A stretch of 64,000 nucleotides of DNA, the filler included, from Stramenopiles sp. TOSAG23-3 (taxonomy: Eukaryota): NCBI GenBank assembly GCA_900128585.1. It is 9 parts of 9 records of this genome, joined end to end, with 100 filler letters (N's around TTAATTAATTAA, not from the genome) between each part and the next. Parts side by side here need not be neighbours in the genome. Positions count along the whole stretch, not along the records: positions 28,949 to 36,066 come from LT643202.1; positions 36,167 to 43,274 come from LT643203.1; 7 more parts are not named here. One strand, given 5' to 3'. Both the position numbers and the translations under genes were made by a program. How positions within the stretch are numbered: position 1 is the first letter of the stretch; the number at the start of each line of letters is the position of its first letter. Below the pieces are notes generated by a model. It was not told the DNA's origin. It saw nothing but the letters and a program-made list of their open reading frames with translations, and made no database searches. This document shows positions 31,746-42,500 of this stretch, piece by piece.

Positions 31746-32270
31746 TTAGGAACTTGTTAGCAAGCGTTTCATTGCAGCACTAGGAACATCGGGGGATATG
31801 AGTTCATCGTCGGGCAAATTTGACAGTTTATCCTGGAAGAAAGGTAGCTCTGACTGCTTTATTCTCTTAAACTTCTTACGGATACATTCTTTCTTTGCTG
31901 CTTTTATCGCCACCGCACGGTCACCGCTCGATACAGTGCAGTAGAATTTACAAAAGTAATGTTCAAAGTACAACTTCTGATTCTCCAGTTCGGTCATGGC
32001 GTTCAAATATTCACGAACATAATCTTTGCAGGACTGAAGAAACCTTTCGGCGTTTTGTTCGCTTTCGTCACAGCTCTCGCTCCATTCTTCAAACTCGGAC
32101 AACACTATGTCAAACATGGTACTTCTATCACCGCCTTTACTTTCTTCGAACAATCGACATTTTGATTTCCTCTTCTCGAACAATGCATTGGTTTCGTCCC
32201 TTATCCTTCGGTCCTCTTTTCTCTTCTCGGCCCGCTCCCTCTCCTTTTCCGCCTTTTCTTCCGCCGTCAT
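31746..32270 (-). CDS. Charged helical ORF (174 aa), possibly the frameshifted C-terminus of the upstream helicase
   Basis: Starts 13 nt after the helicase stop; the frame reads RKKRREMTAEEK across that stop. Confidence 0.55.
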   Translation of the reverse strand: MTAEEKAEKERERAEKRKEDRRIRDETNALFEKRKSKCRLFEESKGGDRSTMFDIVLSEFEEWSESCDESEQNAERFLQSCKDYVREYLNAMTELENQKLYFEHYFCKFYCTVSSGDRAVAIKAAKKECIRKKFKRIKQSELPFFQDKLSNLPDDELISPDVPSAAMKRLLTSS

Positions 32271-32283
32271 CTCCCTTCTCTTC

Positions 32284-35200
32284 TTACGTGCACTCGTTCA
32301 GCTCGCTTCGGGCAAACATCTGGGCCCCGCCCTCCTCCTTCAATCGCTGCAACCATTTCGTTAAGTTTTCCCGTGCTTTTCCGGGGCTAAACTCGGCAAG
32401 CTTCTTCGCGCTTGCAGGAAATTCTCCGTCCACTGCAGCGTCCGAAATTTGTCCTTTTCGTCGAATACGGTTCCAGTCTAGATCGTCTTCCGAATAACAT
32501 TGCGAATCAGACCCTTCTTTTCGGACGTACGTCATTGGAATAATTATTCGAACTTTTTCGTCCTGCCCGATTCGTAACAGGCGCCCCCTTAGTTGCTTGT
32601 ACTCGGCGTGTGTCATTGGTAGAAGGTTGATGATCATGGTGTGGCACCCTTCTTGAAGGTCGTCGACTCCCGTTGCTACTGCTTGAGACCCGATCATGAC
32701 GTCGTACTCTCCTGCGATGAATTTTGTTTTGTACTGGTCGCGCTTGTTTGCGTTGGCCCCTGTGTACGTGCACACATTTAAGCCCGCACCTTTAAGCCCG
32801 TCAAGGAGAGTTTTCAGCACACCACCCCCGTAATTGTGCGTGTAAACGAGGACGCGTTCCTTGCGTGCTTTGCATGCTAAGCACTCTTCCACAACACGCC
32901 CTAGCTTTGCTTTCGTTCGAGCAAGGGCACTCTCCAGTCGAGTTGGGTTTCGTAATGAACCGTTTCGTTTTCGCTTTTGTTTCGTCGCGCCTTTGTCGCT
33001 CTTCTCTATTTCATTATACATGTGCATGTACTCCTGCGTTGCGTCGATTCGTTCGTTGGCGCCCAACCCTTCCACTGGCTTTGCACCGACGTATTCGGAC
33101 AAAAATCGGACGCCGTGAATATGGAGTTCACGGTGCACTGCCATAACATCGTCCAGTGTTGGTTTGTTCGGGCAGTTCAAGCGGCTGAAATCTTTGCCCG
33201 ATACGATACATAGCAAGCTTTGGGCCTCTTTCAGATTATTCACTACTGGGGTGGCGGTAAGCCCGAGGGTACGAATCTTCTTGTTTGCTTTGCGCGCCCG
33301 AGTCACAACATTTAGTACAACTTCTCTCCGTCTGCTCAAGTAACCGTCTTTCAGTTTCAAAGCCTTCTCTGCTTCAATCGAATCGCCTAATTCTTCGTCG
33401 ATTTCTTTGCCGTGCGCGCTTTCCTCGTCGTCGGAGTCGGCTGCTTCGACGCGTCCACTGCTGGGATTCTTTCGAAGCTTGACCATGTGCAGCTCGTCCA
33501 AGACAATCATGTCGAGGGATCCGTTCATTTGAGTGAGCAAGTTGTACATTTTATTTTGCGAGTTTGGCTTGGACAGCTTAGCGTAGTTGATTATAACGAC
33601 TCTCGGGCGCGTTCGTGTCTCCGATGCCCAATTGACCTTCCCGTCGGACGGTAATTTTTTCAAAACAATGACCTCGAAAACACCGCTAAAGGCCGCTTCG
33701 ATCTTTACTTTCCACTGCTTTGCAACGCTCAGGGGGCATATCACAACAGTCGTTCGACACCCAAGGTGGGCCATGCTGAGAACGGCCGATAACGTCTTCC
33801 CGCTTCCCGTGTCGGACCAATTTCCCAGCCCCGGGCAACCTTCCTCCTTGAGCCGCGATGCCACGAGTAATTGCATCAACGTCGGCGGCGCGTCTGCACG
33901 ATCGTTATCCGTGAACGTGTACCCGTCTGGAAGGTTGTCGCCAAGGGCTTTTGCGGCGTCGTACTGTTGTAGAAACAACGATCGAGTGAGGCCTACGTAG
34001 GTGTGGGCGTCGGCTGCTACCTTATACTCCCGTGCTGCCTGCACGGTCTCCCGCTCGGTTTCTTTATGCAATGCACTTTTCCACAATTTTGCAACAGCCG
34101 AGTGTTTGAGGAATTCGGCTGCCCAGTTGTCTGCTGTGCGGCGAGTGGTTGAGTATTTTGCCAGTGCTGTCAGGCTATGGTCAAGGGTTTGCAATGTGGT
34201 GTGGGTGGATTGGGACTGTGGTGATTGGCCAAGCGAAGACTGTTCTTGGGCAGTAGAAGGGTTTGTGTTGGCCGGGGTGGTCTGGTCGTTCGATGCAGCC
34301 GAGCCTTGCGACGGCTCCGGCAAGGACAGGCTATCGATTGCATCGTCCGGGTCTTCGCCGGCGTTTACTTTCTCGATGATGGCTTCGCACACTCCTCGCT
34401 CGCCGTTGGCGAATTTTCTTACCTCGTCATGGGGCACTCTGTGAAGGCCTTTGAGGAGTGAAACGCCCATGCTGTGGCTGGAGGAGACTCCGGTCTGGTG
34501 AAATATCGTGTGGAGCTCGGCCTGGTTGAGCTGCAAACGGTCGGCCTCGTCTAGAAGGGACTTGACAAGGGCGCGAAGCCGGGGAATGGTCCATCCGGAG
34601 CAGGCAGTGCAGTTGGTGCCGCCGTTGACCCATGACTGAATTTTTAGGGTATACGGTTGGTTATGTGTTGAGCATTTCCATCCAACTACAGTAGCAGATC
34701 CTGTCAGTTTGTTTTCCACAACCTCTTTTGTTAGATTGTTGTTTATGTTGTGTTGAGATGTAGGATCGAATTCGTTTTCAAAGCGAGTTTTAATGGCCTC
34801 GTCGGCGTCCTTGATTTTTGGATTAGTTGATCGTTTGGCTCGTCTCTCTTGTCTGCACTTGGGGCAATTTATTTGTTTCGCCCAACTTTGAATCTGTTGC
34901 TCGCACGTTTCGTTATGTGTTGAGCATTTCCATCCAACTATAGTGTTAGATCCTGTCGTTAAGTTTTCCACATCCTCTTTCGTTAGATTGCTTTCCATGT
35001 TGTGTTTTGACGTAGGATTGAATTCGTTTTCAAAGCGAGTTTTAATGGTCTCGTCGGCGTTCTTGATTTGTGGGTTACTTGATCGTTTGGCCCGTCTCTC
35101 TTGTTTGCACTTGGGGCACTTTATTCCATTTTCCGCCCAACCTTGAATCTGTTGCTCGCACGTTTCGTTATGTGTTGGGCATTTCCATCCAACTACAGTA

Positions 35201-36066
35201 GCAGATCCTGTCGTTAAGTTTTCCACATCCTCTTTCGTTATATTGTTGTTTATGTTGTGTTGAGATGCAGGATCGAATTCGTTTTCAAAGCGAGTTTTAA
35301 TGGTCTCGTCGGCATTCTTGATTTGTGGCTTAAATGATCGTTTGGCATGTCTCTCTTGTTTGCACTGAAGGCACTTTATTCTAGATCTCACCCACTCCAT
35401 AATCGATTTTTCCGATTTTTCGCCATGTCTTGGGCATTTCCACCCAACTTTTATAGTGTTAGATCCTGTCGTCATGTTTCCAACAATCTCTTTTGTTAAT
35501 CCATTCTTGATATTGTGTTCTGACGTAGGATCATATTCGTTTTCAAAAAGGGTTTGGATGTCTTTTGAAGCATTCTTAATTTTTGGACGACTTAATCTTT
35601 TGGCTCGCTTCTCTTGTTTGCACTTAGAGCACGTAACTCCTCGGTCCACCCAATGCTGAATCTTTTTTTCAAACTTTTCGCCGTGTCTTGGGCATTTCCA
35701 TCCAACTATAACATTAGACCCTACCGATGTGTTTGCAATGCTCTCTTTTGTTAATCCATTTTTGATATTGTGTTCTGACGTAGGATCATATTCGTTTTCA
35801 AAACGGAGTTGGATCTCTTTTGAAGCATTTTTGATTTGTGGGACACCTGATGTTTTGGATCGCTTCTCATGCCTGCACTTAGAGCACTGTATTCCATATT
35901 TTACCCAACCCCTAATCATTTGCTCACACATTTCACCGTGTCTTGGGCATTTCCACCCAACTTTTATAGTGTGAGACCCTGTCGTCATGTTTCCAACAAT
36001 CTCTTTTGTTAATCCATTCTTGATATTGTGTTCTGACGTAGGATCATATTCCTTTTCAAAGCGGAG
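32284..36066 (-). CDS. Tandem zinc-ribbon (DUF4379-like) repeat protein fused to a superfamily-2 (SNF2/ResIII-like) helicase/ATPase; 5' truncated
   Basis: Frame is open to the contig edge at 36066. Six ~85-aa units with GS...VGWKCxxH...I..W...CxxC. Helicase motifs: I GNWSDTGSGKT, Ia VICPLS, II IVLDELH, III GLTATP, V ATGVDDLQ, VI QLRGRLLRIGQ. Confidence 0.88.
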   Translation of the reverse strand, partial: LRFEKEYDPTSEHNIKNGLTKEIVGNMTTGSHTIKVGWKCPRHGEMCEQMIRGWVKYGIQCSKCRHEKRSKTSGVPQIKNASKEIQLRFENEYDPTSEHNIKNGLTKESIANTSVGSNVIVGWKCPRHGEKFEKKIQHWVDRGVTCSKCKQEKRAKRLSRPKIKNASKDIQTLFENEYDPTSEHNIKNGLTKEIVGNMTTGSNTIKVGWKCPRHGEKSEKSIMEWVRSRIKCLQCKQERHAKRSFKPQIKNADETIKTRFENEFDPASQHNINNNITKEDVENLTTGSATVVGWKCPTHNETCEQQIQGWAENGIKCPKCKQERRAKRSSNPQIKNADETIKTRFENEFNPTSKHNMESNLTKEDVENLTTGSNTIVGWKCSTHNETCEQQIQSWAKQINCPKCRQERRAKRSTNPKIKDADEAIKTRFENEFDPTSQHNINNNLTKEVVENKLTGSATVVGWKCSTHNQPYTLKIQSWVNGGTNCTACSGWTIPRLRALVKSLLDEADRLQLNQAELHTIFHQTGVSSSHSMGVSLLKGLHRVPHDEVRKFANGERGVCEAIIEKVNAGEDPDDAIDSLSLPEPSQGSAASNDQTTPANTNPSTAQEQSSLGQSPQSQSTHTTLQTLDHSLTALAKYSTTRRTADNWAAEFLKHSAVAKLWKSALHKETERETVQAAREYKVAADAHTYVGLTRSLFLQQYDAAKALGDNLPDGYTFTDNDRADAPPTLMQLLVASRLKEEGCPGLGNWSDTGSGKTLSAVLSMAHLGCRTTVVICPLSVAKQWKVKIEAAFSGVFEVIVLKKLPSDGKVNWASETRTRPRVVIINYAKLSKPNSQNKMYNLLTQMNGSLDMIVLDELHMVKLRKNPSSGRVEAADSDDEESAHGKEIDEELGDSIEAEKALKLKDGYLSRRREVVLNVVTRARKANKKIRTLGLTATPVVNNLKEAQSLLCIVSGKDFSRLNCPNKPTLDDVMAVHRELHIHGVRFLSEYVGAKPVEGLGANERIDATQEYMHMYNEIEKSDKGATKQKRKRNGSLRNPTRLESALARTKAKLGRVVEECLACKARKERVLVYTHNYGGGVLKTLLDGLKGAGLNVCTYTGANANKRDQYKTKFIAGEYDVMIGSQAVATGVDDLQEGCHTMIINLLPMTHAEYKQLRGRLLRIGQDEKVRIIIPMTYVRKEGSDSQCYSEDDLDWNRIRRKGQISDAAVDGEFPASAKKLAEFSPGKARENLTKWLQRLKEEGGAQMFARSELNECT
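34600..36066 (-). repeat. Coding tandem repeat, ~255-bp unit, at least 6 copies
   Basis: Recurrent blocks such as GGGCATTTCCATCCAAC and GGATCATATTCGTTTTCAAA; the contig breaks inside the array. Confidence 0.9.
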
Positions 36067-36166
36067 NNNNNNNNNNNNNNNNNNNNNNNNNNNNNNNNNN
36101 NNNNNNNNNNTTAATTAATTAANNNNNNNNNNNNNNNNNNNNNNNNNNNNNNNNNNNNNNNNNNNN
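36067..36166. other. Artificial contig linker
   Basis: N44-TTAATTAATTAA-N44. Confidence 0.97.
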
Positions 36167-36942
36167 TTTATCTACTAAAAAAACTTATTATTTCCTTATT
36201 TCCTTATTTTCATCTATTTCGTTATTTTGATCTTTGGTCCCTGGTTAGTGTCAGCAGGGAATATCAGGTATAAATAAAGGTAGGCACACCGCCATATATT
36301 AATATATCAATAATACACTATATAATAATATAAAACAACTTACTAGTCGTGGTCTAGACTATCAAATCCTCGTAATTAGTATTCAGTTCTCTTCCTATCA
36401 CAATTGTTTTGCTTGTTTTTTGTTGTTGTTGTTAACCGTTATTAGGACGACTATTACGATGCGTATTCCTATTATGATACGAGGAATGGGAATATTTTAT
36501 TCTTCTTCTATGAAATATTGTACAATGCAAAAGCTTCACCACTTTAAAAGGATGAATGACTTTTTCGTTCTTCCAATTTTTTTAATTATTCTTTCATTAT
36601 AATTATAGACATATTTCTATTGTTGACTATTTAACCGTTTCTCTGATCCGTACCGTACCCCCCAAAGGACCACAGCATCACCAACAACACCGTCATATTT
36701 TTTTTAATATTTCTATATTATATACATTCGCGCAACTCACTTGTCCAATAGATAATAATAATGAAATAAAACAACGCAGCACATCATCAGCAAAGAAGCA
36801 AAAAGGCGCATCGCAAACAAACAAGCAAGCGAAACACGCATCTGTCCCCAAGAATTTATTGTATACGGACTTTATCTTTTCAGTGACACAACACCCTACT
36901 GGTCATTCTTGCAACAAAACTTACTAGGACGGAACGGAGAAT

Positions 36943-38691
36943 ATGCTGCGCACCCACTCACAGGGGCATAACGCTGAGGACGGTCCTGGGCTTGTTGTTC
37001 GAACTATATGCAATGGGTCAGAATTTCTGATACGGGTTGGGGATGGAAGCCAAAGCACTCGCTGGCTTGCGGTAGTCCTTTCGCATCGCGTGAAAAACGA
37101 TAAAGAAACGCATGGGCGCCTGCAACAGCGACAGCGAATGTGCACGAACGATGGCAGAAAATGTTGCCTCCCGATTCCATTGGCCGTAACTTTCGGGGAA
37201 AACAGAGAGTTTTGTGATCCCCAAATGAAGATCAAGGATTTGCTGACCAAGTATGGACACGATTTGGAGTTCCAGGTTCAGATGGGATTCGACATAAAGC
37301 CTGAGGAGGATGGAGGGGTTTTGCTCAGGCAAGACTTTGTGGAAAAGCCCAAGGGTCTGAAACAGTTCAGGATCGACAATGTTTTTGTCTGTGGTGACAG
37401 GGTATCGTCCACTGCATCGAAAGGGAATGGCAATTCCATTTACGTGGCAAAGAAGAACAAGCTGCTGGCAAAAGCATACCCCTCGGATGACCTCGACAAT
37501 TGGATGGAAATGCCCAGCGGGCCGTCTTGGGCAGACCTTGCATTTAATAGAGAGGGAAGGAAACGTTACGACAAGTACATTGCTGCCGAGAGAAAGATCC
37601 GGAAGCTGAACGAGATAGAACGGAAGAAGCTCAAACCTTCAGAAGGGGGAGAGGACAGTGCACAGGTTTCTGAATTCGGCCAGATCATGGCAGGCATTAA
37701 CTTGACAGACCTGCTGCCGCTAGAGGCTGGGGACCAGATTACCTGCAGAACAAAGCTGGAAGCGCTTCTGCGAGTAAATTATGGCATGTTGTCGAAAATC
37801 TTCGAGCATTTCACATTCAAGGAGCTTGTCTCCGAACTTCCGGACGCAGGACAACTGTATTTGGTGGACCTTTTGCACTTTTGCCTTCAGAGCAAGATAT
37901 ATGGGCCCGCAGACGAAGGATCGGAGCGCCTGGAGGAGATCCTGAAGACCATTGGAAACGAAGAGCGGGAAAAGTGCATAAAAAAGAAACAGGGACAGGC
38001 CGAACAGAAAAAGGCCGAGAAGACAGAGGATGCCCCTGGCAGACTTAAATACCTCGACGATGGCCTGCCGAAAGCAAAGTTTATCGAATCCCTTATTCGA
38101 ATTTCTTGTGCGGGGTACAGAAAGAAGAACAACCTTAAACCAAGCAACAGGATGACAACGCAGCAAATAGTATCCGAGATGCGCCAGTTGTTGTCGAACG
38201 TTATTCCGTTGTTTGAACGCAGAAACAACATAAAGACGAGGAGGCTGGTGAATACAGAAGAGATAAGGTCCATTATTTTCGAAAACTACGAAGCGCTGCA
38301 GCAAGTCTTCAACTTGTACGGGTCTGCCGATGCGAACAAGGACGAATCATTACACACAAGCAAACATTCGTTGAATTTTCGAGAGTTTATGCTGCTAACC
38401 ACGGACTCGCTACTGCTTGGTGAATGTCCTGGAGATACCAACGAGGATACACAGAAAGCGAGCGATGCAGCGTTCATTGGTGGCCAAGCTCGCGACGAGG
38501 CCCATGCTGTCAACGCGGCCAACCTGTCGGAAGCACAGCGGATGGTGGATGGGTTCATGCCGGAGATAGTCTTTTCAGAATTTATAGAGGCAGTGGTACG
38601 GGTTGCGTTAAAGAAGTGGGATGATCCAGGTATCTCGAACAGCGACAAAATTCAACTTGCTCTAGAAGCCATTGCGGTGCTCAGTCAGTGA
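36943..38691 (+). CDS. Protein with a Par3/HAL-N-like ubiquitin-fold domain and degenerate EF-hand-like helical repeats (582 aa)
   Basis: IRVGDGSQSTRWLAVVLSHR...PQMKIKDLL at the N-terminus; two units ending KFIESLIRIS and EFIEAVVRVA. Confidence 0.7.
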   Translation: MLRTHSQGHNAEDGPGLVVRTICNGSEFLIRVGDGSQSTRWLAVVLSHRVKNDKETHGRLQQRQRMCTNDGRKCCLPIPLAVTFGENREFCDPQMKIKDLLTKYGHDLEFQVQMGFDIKPEEDGGVLLRQDFVEKPKGLKQFRIDNVFVCGDRVSSTASKGNGNSIYVAKKNKLLAKAYPSDDLDNWMEMPSGPSWADLAFNREGRKRYDKYIAAERKIRKLNEIERKKLKPSEGGEDSAQVSEFGQIMAGINLTDLLPLEAGDQITCRTKLEALLRVNYGMLSKIFEHFTFKELVSELPDAGQLYLVDLLHFCLQSKIYGPADEGSERLEEILKTIGNEEREKCIKKKQGQAEQKKAEKTEDAPGRLKYLDDGLPKAKFIESLIRISCAGYRKKNNLKPSNRMTTQQIVSEMRQLLSNVIPLFERRNNIKTRRLVNTEEIRSIIFENYEALQQVFNLYGSADANKDESLHTSKHSLNFREFMLLTTDSLLLGECPGDTNEDTQKASDAAFIGGQARDEAHAVNAANLSEAQRMVDGFMPEIVFSEFIEAVVRVALKKWDDPGISNSDKIQLALEAIAVLSQ

Positions 38692-38881
38692 ATGCCTGGG
38701 AACCGGTGCTTGTGGGCACGCCCAACACGTTTCTAGATAATTAGCGCGATAGTCTAGCTAATCGTCTATTTCATCATGCCGCCTGTATTTTTATTTTTAT
38801 TCTTACGACGAAGCAACTCATCATCATTATTTTCTTTAATCGTTGATGACGCTGTGTTAGTGTATAATTTTTTGTTTACAT

Positions 38882-39391
38882 TAATATATACACAGCATTA
38901 ATTTAAAACAGAGCGTCGCGCCCTTCGGAAAATAGTATCTGTGGCGCGGAATTGAAAAATGGCAAAGGACTTTGTGTTAACTATTTGAAACGAAGAGATC
39001 ATTGTAAAAAAACAATAGTTTTTAAAAATTTAAAACGTCAAACATAGTTTGAGATACATAAAATTGTGCCTGTACGATTTATCTTTCTAATACACTCAAA
39101 GGAATACGCGTTTGTTCGGGTAGCGTTTGGTCCAATTCGTCCATTTCACAAAAAATTGTCCCTTGGAACCGCAATTCCAAGTCAATGGAGGGCGAACAAT
39201 TTACAAGCGTTCGTTGGGGGCCGGGCATCGCGGCCGGAACAGTCATCTGATCTAAACTTATGACTTTAGGCGTTTTCCGTTCTTTCTTTTATTTTTTTCT
39301 TGCCAAATTCTTTCATACTTTGAAATTCGAGTCGGATTTTTTTTCGCGCCAAGGACACTGAACACTTGAAAGTACAGCTGTCTATCATCGC
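38882..39391 (-). repeat. Dispersed ~510-bp non-coding element, copy 2 (core 38934-39359)
   Basis: Reverse-complement match to 13828-14337; the core is gapless. Confidence 0.9.
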
Positions 39392-39512
39392 CTTTTACTT
39401 CAAGAAAAACAACGACGGTCGTCTTTTTATTTATTTTATTTAACGGAACAAATTACATAGGGATAGCACGTAAATAATTTTTAATGATAAAAGATATATG
39501 GCCTCCAGTCGT

Positions 39513-42500
39513 CTATTTTTTCTTTCCAAACATGCCGGCAAATCCTCCTGCGCCTTTCTTCTTCCCACCACCGAACATTGAAGATAGTACATTGGACTGC
39601 GTCTTCTTGGCATCTTCAAACAGCAACGCGAGAAGACCTTCAAGCTTTTCTGCGATAGAGTCTCCTGAAACTCGAGGGTGGATCCATGCAATGCGACACA
39701 ATGCCTCGAGAAATTCTACCAACGTCATGGTTTCGTGAGAATCTCTTCGTTTGTCCTTCGTGTCCCTTTTCTGCTCGTCAAGTGTCATCATTTGACTCTG
39801 CGCAAAAGCATGTATTGCTTTGACAGGTTTAAAGTCTTTCTTGCTGATTATCTTGACTTTCCTTAGGATACCCATGAACTCCTTCAAAGACATCAACTCT
39901 ACGTAGTCCTCCTTCGGTCCGTCGCTTGCCGCGGCCTCCTTGTACAGCTTCTTGATTGCAATAATTCTTTTGTAAAACACTTGGTGCACCGCTTCTGTGT
40001 ACAGGTGTTCTTCTCTGAACTTCTGAATTGCCCATAGAGGATCCACGCAAGCAATTATATGCTTCTCAATGAACGCCCTCAGCTTGTCTGGACCGGTGGA
40101 CAATGTGCGGTACCGCCGCTGAGACAATCGGACAACGGCTTCTATGAATTCGAATCTTGTCAACGCTTTCGAATGATTCTGGTCTACGCCCCTAGTTTGA
40201 GCGTTTACTTTCACAAACACTTGATCAATATCCCTGATGCGGCAGTTCCGCTTGTCAATTATGGATGCATCGGAGCACCATTTGGAAAATGAGTTCCACG
40301 AAATCATGAAATAGCCGTTCTGCTTTTCATCGCAGCAGTACTTGCGAAACGTTTCCGAAAGCGTCAGGTAGTTGTCCTGAAGGATAGATTGGCAGATTCC
40401 AAAGTCGTTTCTATCAAACAGACCTTTTATTCGATGGGCGTGTTTGATGTCCTCGAGCAGCGCCTTGCGCAGCATGTCTGGGGTCTCGTAGTAATCTTGT
40501 GAATCTGCTTCCATCTTTCTTTCCGCAAACACTGATGAGTCGAGCTGGAACGACTTGTCTTCCTCTTTTACACGCTCTCTTTTGAACTTTTTTCCGATTT
40601 CTGGTTTGCAACGAATCTCTCCTGTGTTTTCGTACACGTCAAAGTGTATCAGGGGGCGACGGTGATCCTCGTCCAGCATTTTTTGTATACGTTCAAACAT
40701 ATCAGCAAACTCTTCGTAGTCTATTTCACCGTCTCCCGACTCGTCCCATATGGTCAACATTTTTTGAAACTGTTCCTCCGACAACTCGATCCCAATGTCA
40801 TCAAACCCTTCTCTCAGTTCGTCGTGGTCAATCGTCCCCCCCCCGTCGTCGTCGAAATCTTCGAAAATCTGTACAATTGTTTTTCCGTCCTCCTCTTGCA
40901 GTCTCTTAAACCTCTGGGCTATTTGCACCTGAATTTTCACCTCTTCTTCCCGGCACAACCGCCTCAGCCATCTCCGGTTCGCGTCGACAGCCTTCTGTTC
41001 CTTCAACAACTGGGTCAACCCAGCGATCACATTTTTTGCCTTTTTGTTCTGAAACTGAACCCATATGTGGTCCCCGTCTTGGAGGATGTCTCGCACTTTC
41101 GTCCGTCCGTTCACCTTTGACATGAGGGGGTGCGGGGGCGCTCCCAACTTGTCCGTGCCTGGTGGCAGCTGAGTGAACATGTTGTACGGCGTCAGCGTTC
41201 CTTGCTGAACATGGTGCAGCCCACTCTCGCGCGAACGAACACGCCCTCGAGGCTTTAGAAATCGATCGTACCTTGCCGTGACGACATTCGCCAACCATTT
41301 GAAGTCGGGGTCGGTTGCGCATATCTTGAGCGGGAACGATTTGCTGGACCACTCGTCAACAGCATGGACCTGAAACATCAGGTCGTTTTCGCGCTCTTCC
41401 TCGTTCGCTTTCTCGACCGCAATTCTTTCGTCCTCTTTCGCGATCAGTGCTTTGGGGACTAACAGGGTACCTGTCAGACGAACTTCCCCGGACATGTCTT
41501 CCGGTTCAACCTCACCCTCCATGTCCTCGTGGTACTCCAGCTTGTACCAATCGTCAAATTCGAATCTATGAAAGCCCTCATTTTTGTAACCGTCGCCGTA
41601 CTCGTCCTCGTCGCCCTGAACAATTCTGGTGGTGACGTACACCGTGCCGGACACTCTCTCGAAGCGGTTCATATGCCCAGGGCGTTTTTCCAGAGGCCAG
41701 CGACGTCCGTACTCCATTGCAGACTTTTTGGTAATATCCTTCCGTGCGGCTTCGCCTAGACTAATGTACGCTTCGCCGAGAAAATCGTCGTCTCCCACGG
41801 CGTCGCAGTCCCAAATACTGACGCGCAGGTCTGGGGGATTTATATTTACACGCACGATCCCCTCAGGGTTCGGCTTCGTTAGGTTGGGTTCGATGAGCTC
41901 GTCGATCAACATTTCTATCTGTTTCGCGGGGTCCTTCAGTGTGCGGTACCGCAGTCCCGACAGGTACAGAAGGCACTCCATGAACTCCCCCCGCTCCAAC
42001 TGCGTGTCTCCCTGGGTACGAAACTGCCCGCCGTCGCCGTCGCCCCCGCCTGCCGGTTCCGTCTCCGTGTTTACCCGCCTGAATATCTCCTTCAAAGTCC
42101 TTCTTGATATCCCTAATTTCTTGTTTAATATTTTTGTATCGTCACAAAAAGCAATGAACTCCTTGAACGATATCGTCTCCGCTTCTTCGCCATCGTCCGT
42201 CTGAGCCCAGGAGGGCTTTGCGCAGCGTAACTGCGCGGCGTAGTCCTCGTCTAAATCTTCTGCCTCTAAATCAGCAAGCATACTGTACACCCGGAAGGCC
42301 TCGCAAAGCAATTCAAAGCTGTCGCTCATTATGACCTTCACCCTTCGCTCCGTCTTCCTTCCAGCCCTCAAAATGGCTGGCGTCATCTCCATCTCCCTCC
42401 AATCGGTCTCGAAAGACAGTCTCAAATCTTGCTCTTTGGGTATTGGAAACCAGTAGTCGGCCTCGTCAAATTCGGGGCACAGGGTCCTCTTGTGAACCTG

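Noticed and set aside
32271-32283. AAGGGAG as a Shine-Dalgarno site
   Set aside because: It abuts the ATG with no spacer and is equally explained by purine-rich Arg/Glu codons in the shifted frame.
34600-36066. CRISPR-like repeat/spacer array
   Set aside because: Units are ~255-bp in-frame coding repeats with homologous interiors; no cas genes are present.
39066-39263. 65-aa ORF inside the dispersed element as a conserved peptide
   Set aside because: The equivalent frame in copy 1 has two TAA stops, and mismatches show no codon-position bias overall.
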